From: Nitrosopumilus sp.
GTDB lineage: Archaea; Thermoproteota; Nitrososphaeria; Nitrososphaerales; Nitrosopumilaceae
Length of the DNA stretch: 32,000 bases
Assembly (NCBI GenBank): GCA_965238065.1
Contig: OZ250170.1
Coordinates: 1,118,422 to 1,150,421 of the forward strand
Reading direction: 5' to 3'
A program made the translations under genes and the position numbers. Positions 22,770 through 31,236 of this stretch are shown here, one piece after another. Position 1 is the stretch's first letter. Each line of letters opens with the position of its first letter. Under the pieces are notes generated by a model. The model was not told the origin of the DNA. It did not search any database and saw only the letters and a program-made list of their open reading frames with translations.

Positions 22770-24015
22770 TCAGTTCCAGAGATTTTGGGAGTACCTCTGC
22801 ACCTTGAAGCAGACCGATACTTCCTTTCCTGGCTTGCTCTTCAGTCATTCTAGTTGTTCCGTCATTTTTAATAAAGTTACCTGAAACCAAAACCGGAACG
22901 GGATCATCACTGTGGCCTTTGTTAATGCAGGGTGTAGAATGATCCGCGGAAATAATAATTGCAACTTTGCTTGAATCAATGTGTTCAACAAGAGTTTTGA
23001 AGAATCTCCGGTCAATCTCTTCGATGTTTTTTTTCTTCCCAATTGCATCCCCGTCATGACCAAACTCGTCTGGCCCCTTGAGATGAACGTATATGGCATT
23101 TTGAGTCTCCATGGCCTTGGCAGCTACTCTTGCTTTTTCCTCATAATCTGTCAGCCCGCCTGCCTCAAATGCTTTCATCTGGAGGACTAGAGAAATTCCC
23201 TGCTCCACTGGCATGTCAACTATGCATGAGAATTTCATAGAGTATCTCTCATTAATTGGAACCACGTCCGGATATCTGTTACCTGCATCTCGAAGTAGGA
23301 TACAGCTAAGTTGTTTTTTGTTCTGCTCTTCTCGTTTCTTGTTAATTTTACTCTCTTTTAGGATCTTTATTGTTTGTTCTGAGAACTCGTTTACCAGATT
23401 TGCAGTAAATTTAGAGTCCTCAGTTCCCTCCAGCGGTAGGCATTTTTCAATTTTCATGAAATCTCCAACGGCTTTTGCCACTCCCATGCCGCCAATATTG
23501 CTGTATGCAGGGTCGGTGTTGGTAATTCTTGCAGACAGTTTTTGGGATTGCGCTCTAATTTTCACTGTTACCCTGTGTCCAATTGTAGGAGAGATTACAA
23601 CTGTTGTGTCAGGATGTGAAAATTTGATCTTTTCTTCAATTTCTTTTGCCACCCCATTTGCATCTTCTTTTTCAACATGTCTTCCAGCCCTCCGGTCTAT
23701 GATTACATCTTTATGTAGTGTGGAATAATTCCCTCGTAGTGCCAGATCTCCATTCCTAAAGTCAATTCCAATTCCTATGGCCTCGATCACCCCTCTACCA
23801 ACATAATCCGTATGGTTGAATTTGTATCCCAACATGTTAAAAACAGCAATGTCTGATTCTGGTGCTATTCCTTTTCCAACAGAAATTACCTCACCCATTG
23901 CACCATTGCTGGCAATCTTATCCAAAGTAGGCGTACTTGCAGCCTCTAATGGTGTTTTTCCATCCAGATCCGGATGTGGAAGATCTCCAACTCCATCCAA
24001 CAGGACATAAACCAT
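22753..24015 (-). CDS. apgM: cofactor-independent phosphoglycerate mutase, archaeal type (ApgM)
   Basis: MVYVLLDGVGDLPHP.., TPTLDKIASNGAMG, SDIAVFNMLGY and ISADHSTPCINKGHSDDPVPV. The ORF-track start at 24159 adds 48 implausible residues. Confidence 0.88.
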   Translation of the reverse strand: MVYVLLDGVGDLPHPDLDGKTPLEAASTPTLDKIASNGAMGEVISVGKGIAPESDIAVFNMLGYKFNHTDYVGRGVIEAIGIGIDFRNGDLALRGNYSTLHKDVIIDRRAGRHVEKEDANGVAKEIEEKIKFSHPDTTVVISPTIGHRVTVKIRAQSQKLSARITNTDPAYSNIGGMGVAKAVGDFMKIEKCLPLEGTEDSKFTANLVNEFSEQTIKILKESKINKKREEQNKKQLSCILLRDAGNRYPDVVPINERYSMKFSCIVDMPVEQGISLVLQMKAFEAGGLTDYEEKARVAAKAMETQNAIYVHLKGPDEFGHDGDAIGKKKNIEEIDRRFFKTLVEHIDSSKVAIIISADHSTPCINKGHSDDPVPVLVSGNFIKNDGTTRMTEEQARKGSIGLLQGAEVLPKSLELIKSQK

Positions 24016-24264
24016 GTGAATATCCGAATTATCCAATCCCTGTCTATCCAAGTTCAGATGCTTGCCTTTAAAGTTTGCATCAAAATATACGATCAAAATG
24101 AGACATTGGAATAAATTTCCAACAGTTTTTTGATCTTTAAGGATATTTGCAAACATCAAGTTTCCGGGATTTTTTTATCAGTATTTTTCTGATGGGATAG
24201 TTTGTGTTGTAATTGTTACAGTACTGTTTTGCAAATTCGACATGATAAAAAAACGCCAAGCATG

Positions 24265-24364
24265 GTAACTGTTTACCATTTTAAAGTATTACGCACAAGA
24301 TATGTCAAAACCGGTTATTTTTTTGACACAAACACGAAGGAACTTTAAAACTCTAGACGATTAC
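24265..24364 (+). repeat. MITE-B (100 bp), TSD CAAG[C/T]ATG
   Basis: CAAGCATG at 24257-24264 and CAAGTATG at 24365-24372. Confidence 0.8.
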
Positions 24365-24451
24365 CAAGTATGCTTTCAGAGAACGGATGGTGGCAATCAC
24401 AAAGAACGAGAGGTTAGAATCCAAGAGATATCCAAAATCTTGTCAGAATCA

Positions 24452-24775
24452 TCATTTGTTATCTTCTCTTCTGCCCGGACCTGCCATGTCTTCTGCTTTG
24501 ACCTTGCTGTCCCAGTCTCCTCTTACCACTTTTACTAAAGCAATGATTCCTGCACCGATAAATCCGATAACCAGTGCAAAGAACAGTGTTTGTTCAAGTG
24601 TCTTGACTGAGCAGTCGATCTCAACTGGGGCCTTTTCATCAGAGTACACATAACATGTTTCAAATTCATTTGATTCCAGAGTTGCCGCCTGATAATCATG
24701 CCCGGACACTGCAAGAATAATAATTCCCACAAAGATTAGCGCAACACCGATTATGATAAATCGCGTATCACTCAT
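24452..24775 (-). CDS. small membrane protein (2 TM)
   Basis: 107 aa. Hydrophobic segments FIIIGVALIFVGIIILAV and LFFALVIGFIGAGIIALV. Confidence 0.6.
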   Translation of the reverse strand: MSDTRFIIIGVALIFVGIIILAVSGHDYQAATLESNEFETCYVYSDEKAPVEIDCSVKTLEQTLFFALVIGFIGAGIIALVKVVRGDWDSKVKAEDMAGPGRREDNK

Positions 24776-24816
24776 ACTGTGTTCTTTGATTTATCGTATT
24801 TACACTTTGACTTGTC

Positions 24817-25278
24817 CTATTTTTCAAGTAATGTCCTGAGATTCTCAAGTGATACTTTATAAAATGAGCTCATAAAGGTAAGAAATTCCAAGAATTGTTT
24901 TTCAGACATTTTGTCACTGATAAGATAGGATTGCCATGTCAGTTGAATGAGCTTTTTGGACTTTACTTTAATTGAGATTGTTGCAACATACTCCCTTAGG
25001 GGCAGGCCTTTAGTTGCAATGTATGTAAAAGATTCCTCGTCTTTCCACGCAACAATGTGCTCTTCAATTTTATTTCCATCTGTGAATGTGATTAATCTTA
25101 TTGCACCCACATTTCTTTTCTTTTTAGAGAGGTATACGGTCTTTTTTACATCCACAGCCCAGGTCGGAAGCCCCACAATGTTGCTAATCTTTCTCCAGAC
25201 TTTATTTTTTGGTGCCTTGATTGTAATTATTTTTTTCACAGAGCCTGTATGAAATGATTTTTTTGTGGTTTTTGCCAT
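24817..25278 (-). CDS. SRPBCC/START-like (polyketide-cyclase fold) protein
   Basis: 153 aa. The pattern ITIKAPKNKVWRKISNIVGLPTW...IEEHIVAWKDEESFTYI is typical of SRPBCC ligand-binding domains (from recall). Confidence 0.6.
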   Translation of the reverse strand: MAKTTKKSFHTGSVKKIITIKAPKNKVWRKISNIVGLPTWAVDVKKTVYLSKKKRNVGAIRLITFTDGNKIEEHIVAWKDEESFTYIATKGLPLREYVATISIKVKSKKLIQLTWQSYLISDKMSEKQFLEFLTFMSSFYKVSLENLRTLLEK

Positions 25279-25357
25279 GTAATATGACCTGAAATTTGAT
25301 GAATTTTAAATTTTAGTTGTATAATCATTTTTAATCCCCAAAAAACAACAGTATCAA

Positions 25358-26638
25358 ATGGTATTTGGATGGGGAAAGAAGAGACATGAGAAAAATCCAG
25401 CAGATGGGGCCAGTCAGGAAAGAAAAGTACAACTGCCCGAAGTCCACAGTATCATATCTGACCTGAATCAAGCACATACATTGCAGACCGTCTCTGAGAT
25501 ACAGCACCTAAGAGACAGTACTGTACCACTGATAGATGATCTAATAAAGGTAGGAAACGTTCTTGCAAGAGACAGTCTAAATGTTGATGATATTGACAAA
25601 CATCTTGCAATTATCGTAGTCAGGGGTAAAAGGCAGGTAATTGATGTCATCAAAAAAGACGTTGTACAGCTGCCTGAAATTTCATCAATTGATGATGCAA
25701 AGAAACTAGACACTTTTCTAAACCAAATTCTTAAAAAAGTTGGTTATGTCTTGGGAAGACAGACCAAAGTAATTCACATATTTGCAAAAAAATATGCAGC
25801 CCAGTTAAAAGAAAATCTGGTAGTAATGAACGAGAATCAGTCTGTGATTAATAAATTACTAAAAAAGCATGATTCTGTAAAATCATCATTGAATGAGATA
25901 ATAGATGTGCTAGACCAGATCGAGATACTAAAAATGGAACTAGTTGTAAAAAATCAAAAGATCAAAGATACAAATCAGGTTGCTCAGTCATTAGATGAAA
26001 AGATCCTGTCAATGCAGAGTTCAATCAAAGAACTAAAGTCCTCAGACGACTATAAAAGATATGTTGGCTTGAAAGATGCATTGGACGTATTTAGTACTCA
26101 AAAATCAAAGATAAAAAACGAGATTGACGCGCAGTTTACAAAAATTTCCCGTCCTCTTTGCAGATACGAGTATGGATCGTCTCTAGACAAAGAACAAAAG
26201 TACATCCTATCCAAACTAGTCAAAGAACCATTTGATGTGCTTTTTCCTCAAAACATGGATTCCATCATTATAATCTTGGAGAACGTTAGAAAAGGAATCT
26301 CTTCTGGCTCTATCTCTGTAAAAGATATCGATAAATCTTTATCCCAGATTACTGAGACAGAGGAAACACTTGACAAATTTGTAAGACAGATTTCAGAACA
26401 TTCAAATGTATACGAGACCATGAAAGATGAACTAAACTCTCTTAATCCTGATGAACTTTTATCCTTAGAGCATGAGATGAACAAGAACATCTCACTTAGA
26501 GAGGACTCGCAGTTAAAATTCAAGACGCTTCAAGGAGAGATGGACGAGATGGATTTAAAGATTCCAAAACTCTTGTCTGAAATTGAAGAGAGATTGAGAG
26601 GATTTTCAGATACAAGATATAGCATATTGCCCCCATGA
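25358..26638 (+). CDS. large coiled-coil protein, function unknown
   Basis: 426 aa, rich in K/E/L/I/D/S, with heptad-like stretches throughout. Confidence 0.7.
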   Translation: MVFGWGKKRHEKNPADGASQERKVQLPEVHSIISDLNQAHTLQTVSEIQHLRDSTVPLIDDLIKVGNVLARDSLNVDDIDKHLAIIVVRGKRQVIDVIKKDVVQLPEISSIDDAKKLDTFLNQILKKVGYVLGRQTKVIHIFAKKYAAQLKENLVVMNENQSVINKLLKKHDSVKSSLNEIIDVLDQIEILKMELVVKNQKIKDTNQVAQSLDEKILSMQSSIKELKSSDDYKRYVGLKDALDVFSTQKSKIKNEIDAQFTKISRPLCRYEYGSSLDKEQKYILSKLVKEPFDVLFPQNMDSIIIILENVRKGISSGSISVKDIDKSLSQITETEETLDKFVRQISEHSNVYETMKDELNSLNPDELLSLEHEMNKNISLREDSQLKFKTLQGEMDEMDLKIPKLLSEIEERLRGFSDTRYSILPP

Positions 26639-26642
26639 AATT

Positions 26643-26724
26643 GTATGAATCAGCAAAGAACATGTTTTATGCCTATAACATCTTGACTATTCTAGCGGAT
26701 TTAGGCGTAGAGGTTGATACATAC
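26643..26724 (-). repeat. MITE-A (82 bp) with perfect 8-bp TSD ATGAAATT
   Basis: ATGAAATT occurs at 26635-26642 and 26725-26732. The first copy contains the TGA stop (26636-26638) of the upstream gene. Confidence 0.9.
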
Positions 26725-26759
26725 ATGAAATTAAATTGCTTCAAAACTAGAGTGGTTTC

Positions 26760-27158
26760 ATGATTTTTAAAAAGAAAAAGTTTGAGCGCAGGGTGCTGTT
26801 GCAAAAGGATGTGCTGGATAGCATTCTGTCTTTTTGTCAAATGAAGCATCCAAATGAGGGAATTTTGATACTAAGGGGGAAATCAAAGGATGGTGCAATG
26901 AAGATAAACGGACTAGTAATCCCTCCTTTCAGCGAGACTGGGCCCACATTTGCCGGATTTCCTCACTCGTTTCTTCCTTTTGATACGAGTTATCTTGGAA
27001 TTGTTCATTCCCATCCAAGCGGTTCTGCAGAACCCTCTGTTACTGACCTGCACAACTTTTTTGGTTTGGTATCCATAATTGTGAAATCCCCGTATAATGA
27101 TGATTCAATTTTTGCATGGGACAGAAATGGAGACCCGATTCCGCTTTCAATTGTATGA
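26760..27158 (+). CDS. JAB1/MPN/Mov34 (JAMM) metalloprotease
   Basis: 132 aa. Exact JAMM motif HSHPSGSAEPSVTD (HxHx7SxxD), plus an upstream Glu (HPNEGIL). Confidence 0.85.
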   Translation: MIFKKKKFERRVLLQKDVLDSILSFCQMKHPNEGILILRGKSKDGAMKINGLVIPPFSETGPTFAGFPHSFLPFDTSYLGIVHSHPSGSAEPSVTDLHNFFGLVSIIVKSPYNDDSIFAWDRNGDPIPLSIV

Positions 27159-27244
27159 GATTTACGACACGTAATGAAAAATCTAAAGACTTGGGTGTTG
27201 TAAAGTTATCGATAGCTAGACATAACATGAAATATGGATCTTTT

Positions 27245-27376
27245 GTAATTGTCTAGAGTTTTGTAGTTCCTTCGTGTTTGTGTCAAAAAAATAACCTGTT
27301 TTGGTAATTGTCTAGAGTTTTGTAGTTCCTTCGTGTTTGTGTCAAAAAAATAACCTGTTTTGACATATCTTGTGCG
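27245..27376 (-). repeat. MITE-B '1.5-mer', truncated after CTTGTGCG
   Basis: Same partial+full arrangement as 6926-7056. The second unit starts at 27304. The element ends at ..GACATATCTTGTGCG (27376). Confidence 0.75.
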
Positions 27377-27464
27377 GACACTAACGTTATGAGGTGGTAA
27401 ATGATGATCTTTTCTGGATTGAAAGAATTAACCTAAAATTTAATAAATTCAAAAAAGAATTATG

Positions 27465-27563
27465 GTAACTGTCTACAGTTTTAAAGTATTACGCACAAGA
27501 TATATCAAAACAGGTTATTTTTTCGACACAAACACGAAGGAACTTTAAAACTCTAGACAATTA
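27465..27563 (+). repeat. MITE-B copy
   Basis: GTAACTGTCTACAGTTTTAAAGTATTACGCACAAGATATATC...CTCTAGACAATTAT. No clear TSD. Confidence 0.7.
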
Positions 27564-27569
27564 TCAAAA

Positions 27570-27975
27570 AAGGTCGTCATACGATACATCATAACCAGAC
27601 GATACTGCAAGCATTGTAAAAAACAGATATCTGCAAGGGTACCTGACGCACTGCCAAATGAGCGATTTGGAATCAGAGTGATGATACTAATCGTAATACT
27701 AGAGTTTATGCGTAATTGACTAAATCACGTCAACCATCTGAATTCCTTGCATTTTTCTTCACATATAGTTAGCAAATAGCACGTTTTATGCCTTAATGTC
27801 TATATCTGCTCTAGTTGATTTGGATGGAGAGGTTGGTGCGTCAAAAAAAGATAGAACGAGGTATGCAATTCCATCAAGTACCGCACTTTCCCATCTACTG
27901 TGTTTTGAAACATGGAGAATGAATAATCAGAGCAGTCTAGTTGGGATGGCAAAATACATTTGGAGGCTTGATTCA
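27570..27975. mobile_element. mosaic of IS/MITE fragments
   Basis: Components: 27570-27699, IS66-type-2 Zn-finger fragment (RRYCKHCKKQISARVPDALPNERFG). 27700-27735, MITE-D end. 27738-27770, IS110 left end (rc). 27771-27838, MITE-A' (rc). 27841-27900, MITE-E half (rc). 27901-27975, IS66 right-end fragment (CFETWRMNNQSSLVGMAKYI). Confidence 0.7.
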
Positions 27976-27977
27976 CC

Positions 27978-28532
27978 CTAGTCTGTTATTTCAAATGTAT
28001 GTTTTGAAAAAAATGATATTGGTATGGCAGTGTTACTAAAATCATTTGGAGGCACACTATATTCTACAGAAATCTCATAGATATCCCCTAGTTGAGACAG
28101 ATCATCTTTTGGAATTAGGAATTTATCACTATATTCGGTTCCTGGTTCGAATGGAAATATCGCATCTGACACTAATCCACCAAAATGATTGCCAGATGTG
28201 AGCGAAACAATACTCATACCACCAATATTACGAAGCACGACAAGCACATCACCCGAATTTCGTACCGTTATATGTACGATATCACCTGGATGATATTTGT
28301 ATTTATCTGTAGTTATGTCAATCTGATGAACAGGAGGTAAATCAGGCTTGCTGACCACTGTAATTTGAGGATCATTATCTTGTATTGTTACTACATCAGT
28401 TCCACTAGATAAATCAGGCTTGCTGACCACTGGAATTTGAGGTAAAGAAATTACTAGCAACAAAACCAGTACAATTGATGCAGAAATGAAAATTAAACTT
28501 TTAGAATTTAATTTAATCAATCTTTCCTCCAT
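27978..28532 (-). CDS. secreted/membrane-anchored protein with short internal repeat
   Basis: 184 aa. N-terminal hydrophobic anchor LIFISASIVLVLLLVI. Repeat P[QI][IP][TV]VVSKPDL occurs twice. Overlaps the upstream subtilase fragment by 20 nt. Confidence 0.6.
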   Translation of the reverse strand: MEERLIKLNSKSLIFISASIVLVLLLVISLPQIPVVSKPDLSSGTDVVTIQDNDPQITVVSKPDLPPVHQIDITTDKYKYHPGDIVHITVRNSGDVLVVLRNIGGMSIVSLTSGNHFGGLVSDAIFPFEPGTEYSDKFLIPKDDLSQLGDIYEISVEYSVPPNDFSNTAIPISFFSKHTFEITD

Positions 28533-29529
28533 TTTTAATTAGCAATTTTCCACCATCTTTAATCAAGACATGTTTGTTTATAAAGTCAACATCTAATAAA
28601 AGACCGTTTGGGATGGTTAGTGATGAGTCATTATTGATTATTACATTTCCGTTTGTTTTACTATCTGTATCTAGAATGCAATCATTATCTATAATCCAAT
28701 CGTACGGTGTAGAATCAAAAGGCATACATTCAATCCCCTGGCTAGGAGTTATTGGTTTGTTGCTTGAGATAACAAATGTGATAAATGTGTCAGGGGGACT
28801 AGAATTAGGTTCAGCTGTAACAATTAATTTATAGTCAGTTATTCGTTGTACAGGAAATGTAATAAATTCAGTATTTTGAACGGTTGAATTACTGATTATA
28901 ATAGGGTCACCGTTTTCAAATCTTAATTCCAATGTTAAATCTCCTTTAATAGACTGAACAGGATTATGAATTGTACCATTAGGATTAATAAACCAAGTAA
29001 GGAAAACTTTTGTATGTTTACCATATTGATCAGAAAGCGCATACTCTTTTGTAACTGTGCCATCACTGTTAATTACATCTTGGATTAGTTTATCTCCATC
29101 AGATACAAATTCCAAAGACTGTTCTACATTTAATCTTCCAAATCCCCAATCATGGAGTTGTTCAGATTCAGATTTTCTTGCTTCATACGAGTTTGCAGCA
29201 AAAAAATATCCATCAGGTCCTTGCCAATCAGCACCTGTAATTAATGCACTTTTAACACCCAACGCAGTCAATTCTGGGTGTGCTTTTAATAATAATGCAG
29301 ATGCTCCAGACACATGTGGTGCTGCAAAACTAGTTCCATTAACTTGGTAATAACCTCCCAGTTTACTTGCAGTAATAACATTAAAGCCAGGTGCTACAAG
29401 GTCAGGTTTAATACGTCCATCATCAAGAGGGCCTCTACTACTGAAAGGCGCAATTGTGTCATCAGTTAAATTTGAAATTGTATTGGGATTTAATGCTCCA
29501 ACTGTAATCACGTTATAACCACTGCCTGG
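28513..29529 (-). pseudogene. subtilisin-like serine protease, C-terminal part only
   Basis: Contains the GTSFAAPHVSGASALLLKAHPEL catalytic-Ser motif. The frame stays open upstream (..PGSGYNVITVGA) until the MITE-F terminus at 29531. No Asp/His half found in the window. Confidence 0.75.
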
Positions 29530-29530
29530 A

Positions 29531-29641
29531 CAGTTAACCCAGATGTGCTCACAATCATGACCAATCCGGAGGTGGAATAGGAGGTGGTTTTGACTAGATC
29601 TTTACATTTTTAGCCGATTTTGAGCACATCTGGGTTAACTG
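29531..29641. repeat. MITE-F (111 bp)
   Basis: CAGTTAACCCAGATGTGCTC ... GAGCACATCTGGGTTAACTG (20-bp TIRs). Confidence 0.7.
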
Positions 29642-29648
29642 CTCTTAC

Positions 29649-29811
29649 GTCAAAACTGGTTATTTTTTCGACACAAACACGAACGAACTTTAAAACTCTA
29701 GACAATTACATTCCTTGCCTTTTTCTTCACATATAGTTAGCAAATAACATGTTTTATGCCTATAACGTCTTGACTAATCTAGTCGATTCAGGCGTGAAGG
29801 TTGATACATAC
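29649..29811 (-). repeat. fragment mosaic: MITE-B right part, IS110 left end, MITE-A left part
   Basis: Components: 29649-29709, MITE-B (..GACAATTAC). 29710-29738, rc of AACTATATGTGAAGAAAAAGGCAAGGAAT. 29739-29811, rc of GTATGTATCAACCTTCACGCC...CATGTTATTTGCT. Confidence 0.75.
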
Positions 29812-29896
29812 CATAAAAATTATGATGGTTCATCATATTGATTTTTTCGTTTGAAAAACAGTTACAAAGTGAGCAGCAAGACTTGACATTAAGAGG

Positions 29897-30480
29897 GATG
29901 CAGAAACATCAATCATATTGCCAGCCGATATACATGTAGAAAATGCAGATACAAGTTTGATAATTTTACTGGAACGTATCTTGCCAAAATCAGAATTCCT
30001 CTAAACACATTACGCATCTTTTCTACTTGTTCTCACTTGGAGTTCCAGCATACAGAATACGATTCTATGCAAGAACAAGCCTCAAAACAAGAGCACACAT
30101 TTAGAATATTTCGAGAAGCAATCTACGATTCATCAATGGTTAATCTCAGACTAGCTGGCAAGCTGGAACTTGATGAAGCCATGTTTGGCGGACATCATAA
30201 GGGAAAACGTGGATAGGGTGCCGAAGGCAAGACATTGGTGTTTGGAATATACAAGAGAAGCGGACATGTAATGACGTTTCCAGTACCTGGCAGAAAATAG
30301 GATACACTTGAAATTAATTAAAAAGCACACAAGAAAAGGCTCGCTGTACTATACAGATGACTATACATATATGCTTCTTTGGTAATGAGAGGTAAACACA
30401 AAGTTGTATCTCATGAAATTAACAGTATGTCAGAGGCGATGCTCACATCAACGGAATGGAGCTTGCAATGGATGGATAGT
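29897..30480 (+). pseudogene. second IS1595-like transposase, degenerate
   Basis: Reads CRNINHIASRYTCRKCRYKFDNFTGTYLAKIRIPL..LELDEAMFGGHHKGKRG*GAEGKTLVFGIYKRSGHVMTFPVPGRK*.. with several in-frame stops. Confidence 0.65.
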
Positions 30481-30482
30481 TG

Positions 30483-30542
30483 AAACCGCCTCCTGTTCCA
30501 CCTCCAGATTAGTCATGATTGTAAGCACATCTGGGTTAACTG
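30483..30542. repeat. 60-bp inverted copy of the MITE-F left arm
   Basis: Reverse complement of 29531-29590 with a few mismatches. Together they bracket 29531-30542. Confidence 0.75.
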
Positions 30543-30585
30543 AAGACTGGTAAAACTTTATAACCTTTTTGAGGATGTTTTTAGT

Positions 30586-30909
30586 GTGTTTAATTTCAAA
30601 TCATACCTGATCTTCCTATTTATATCACTAGCAATCAGTATCGGATTACAGTTGATGCTTCCATTCCCATACGGTTTGGCAGCTGCACTAGGTATTTTTG
30701 TTGCATTTCCCTTATTACTAAAAAGACGATACACGAGCCGCATGCGCAATTATGGCGGTGACTCTGAGACAAGTGGTGGAGGATTCTTTGGAATGGGTTC
30801 ACAGGGAGGCTCTGCTAGAGTTAACTATGTCTGCCTTGTATGTAACAACAAACACAAAGGCGGTACTTGTCCTCGATGCGGATCAAAGATGCAACGGGCG
30901 GATTTTTAA
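30586..30909 (+). CDS. membrane protein with C-terminal zinc ribbon
   Basis: 107 aa from GTG. Two hydrophobic helices, a Gly-rich linker, then CLVCNNKHKGGTCPRCG (CxxC-x9-CxxC). Confidence 0.55.
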   Translation: MFNFKSYLIFLFISLAISIGLQLMLPFPYGLAAALGIFVAFPLLLKRRYTSRMRNYGGDSETSGGGFFGMGSQGGSARVNYVCLVCNNKHKGGTCPRCGSKMQRADF

Positions 30910-30915
30910 CAGGGT

Positions 30916-31236
30916 ATGTCACTAGATGAGATTCGAAAAAAGGTGATCTTTCACAATTCCGTTGATGTCTGGATTGCAGCATGCTATGAGAAAAATACCA
31001 AATGGACAAACACTCTGGACTATAAAAGATTCATTTCTTACTTGCTTGAGAAGAATCTGAATCTCAAGGCGTTTAATCTGTGTGCGCATGAAGCCGGAGC
31101 CACCGAGGAAGAAAAGACAAAGTTTACTGACGTCCTGGCTGAAACAAAAGATGATCCAAACTCATTGACATACACAATCAAGCTAAACGACGCTGCCTTG
31201 AGTGTCATTAGAAGTTATGACATGTTCATCTCTTGA
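30916..31236 (+). CDS. hypothetical protein
   Basis: 106-aa ORF starting 7 nt after the previous gene. No motif I recognise. Confidence 0.5.
   Translation: MSLDEIRKKVIFHNSVDVWIAACYEKNTKWTNTLDYKRFISYLLEKNLNLKAFNLCAHEAGATEEEKTKFTDVLAETKDDPNSLTYTIKLNDAALSVIRSYDMFIS

Noticed and set aside
24016-24159. 48-codon N-terminal extension of the ApgM ORF, and the 25-codon extension of the S24e ORF (20287-20361)
   Set aside because: The extensions are hydrophobic or low-complexity, absent from the family as I know it. In the S24e case the extension runs into the IS66 terminus. Internal ATGs give canonical N-termini.
24365-24455. Minus-strand AUGAUGA ... CUGA pair just after the 24452-24775 stop (possible C/D sRNA)
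   Set aside because: The spacing is ~80 nt. There is no D'/C' pair at appropriate distances and no terminal stem.
27410-27440. ATGATGA C-box-like heptamer in the MITE junkyard
   Set aside because: No CTGA lies 12 nt downstream, and there is no C'/D pair or terminal stem.
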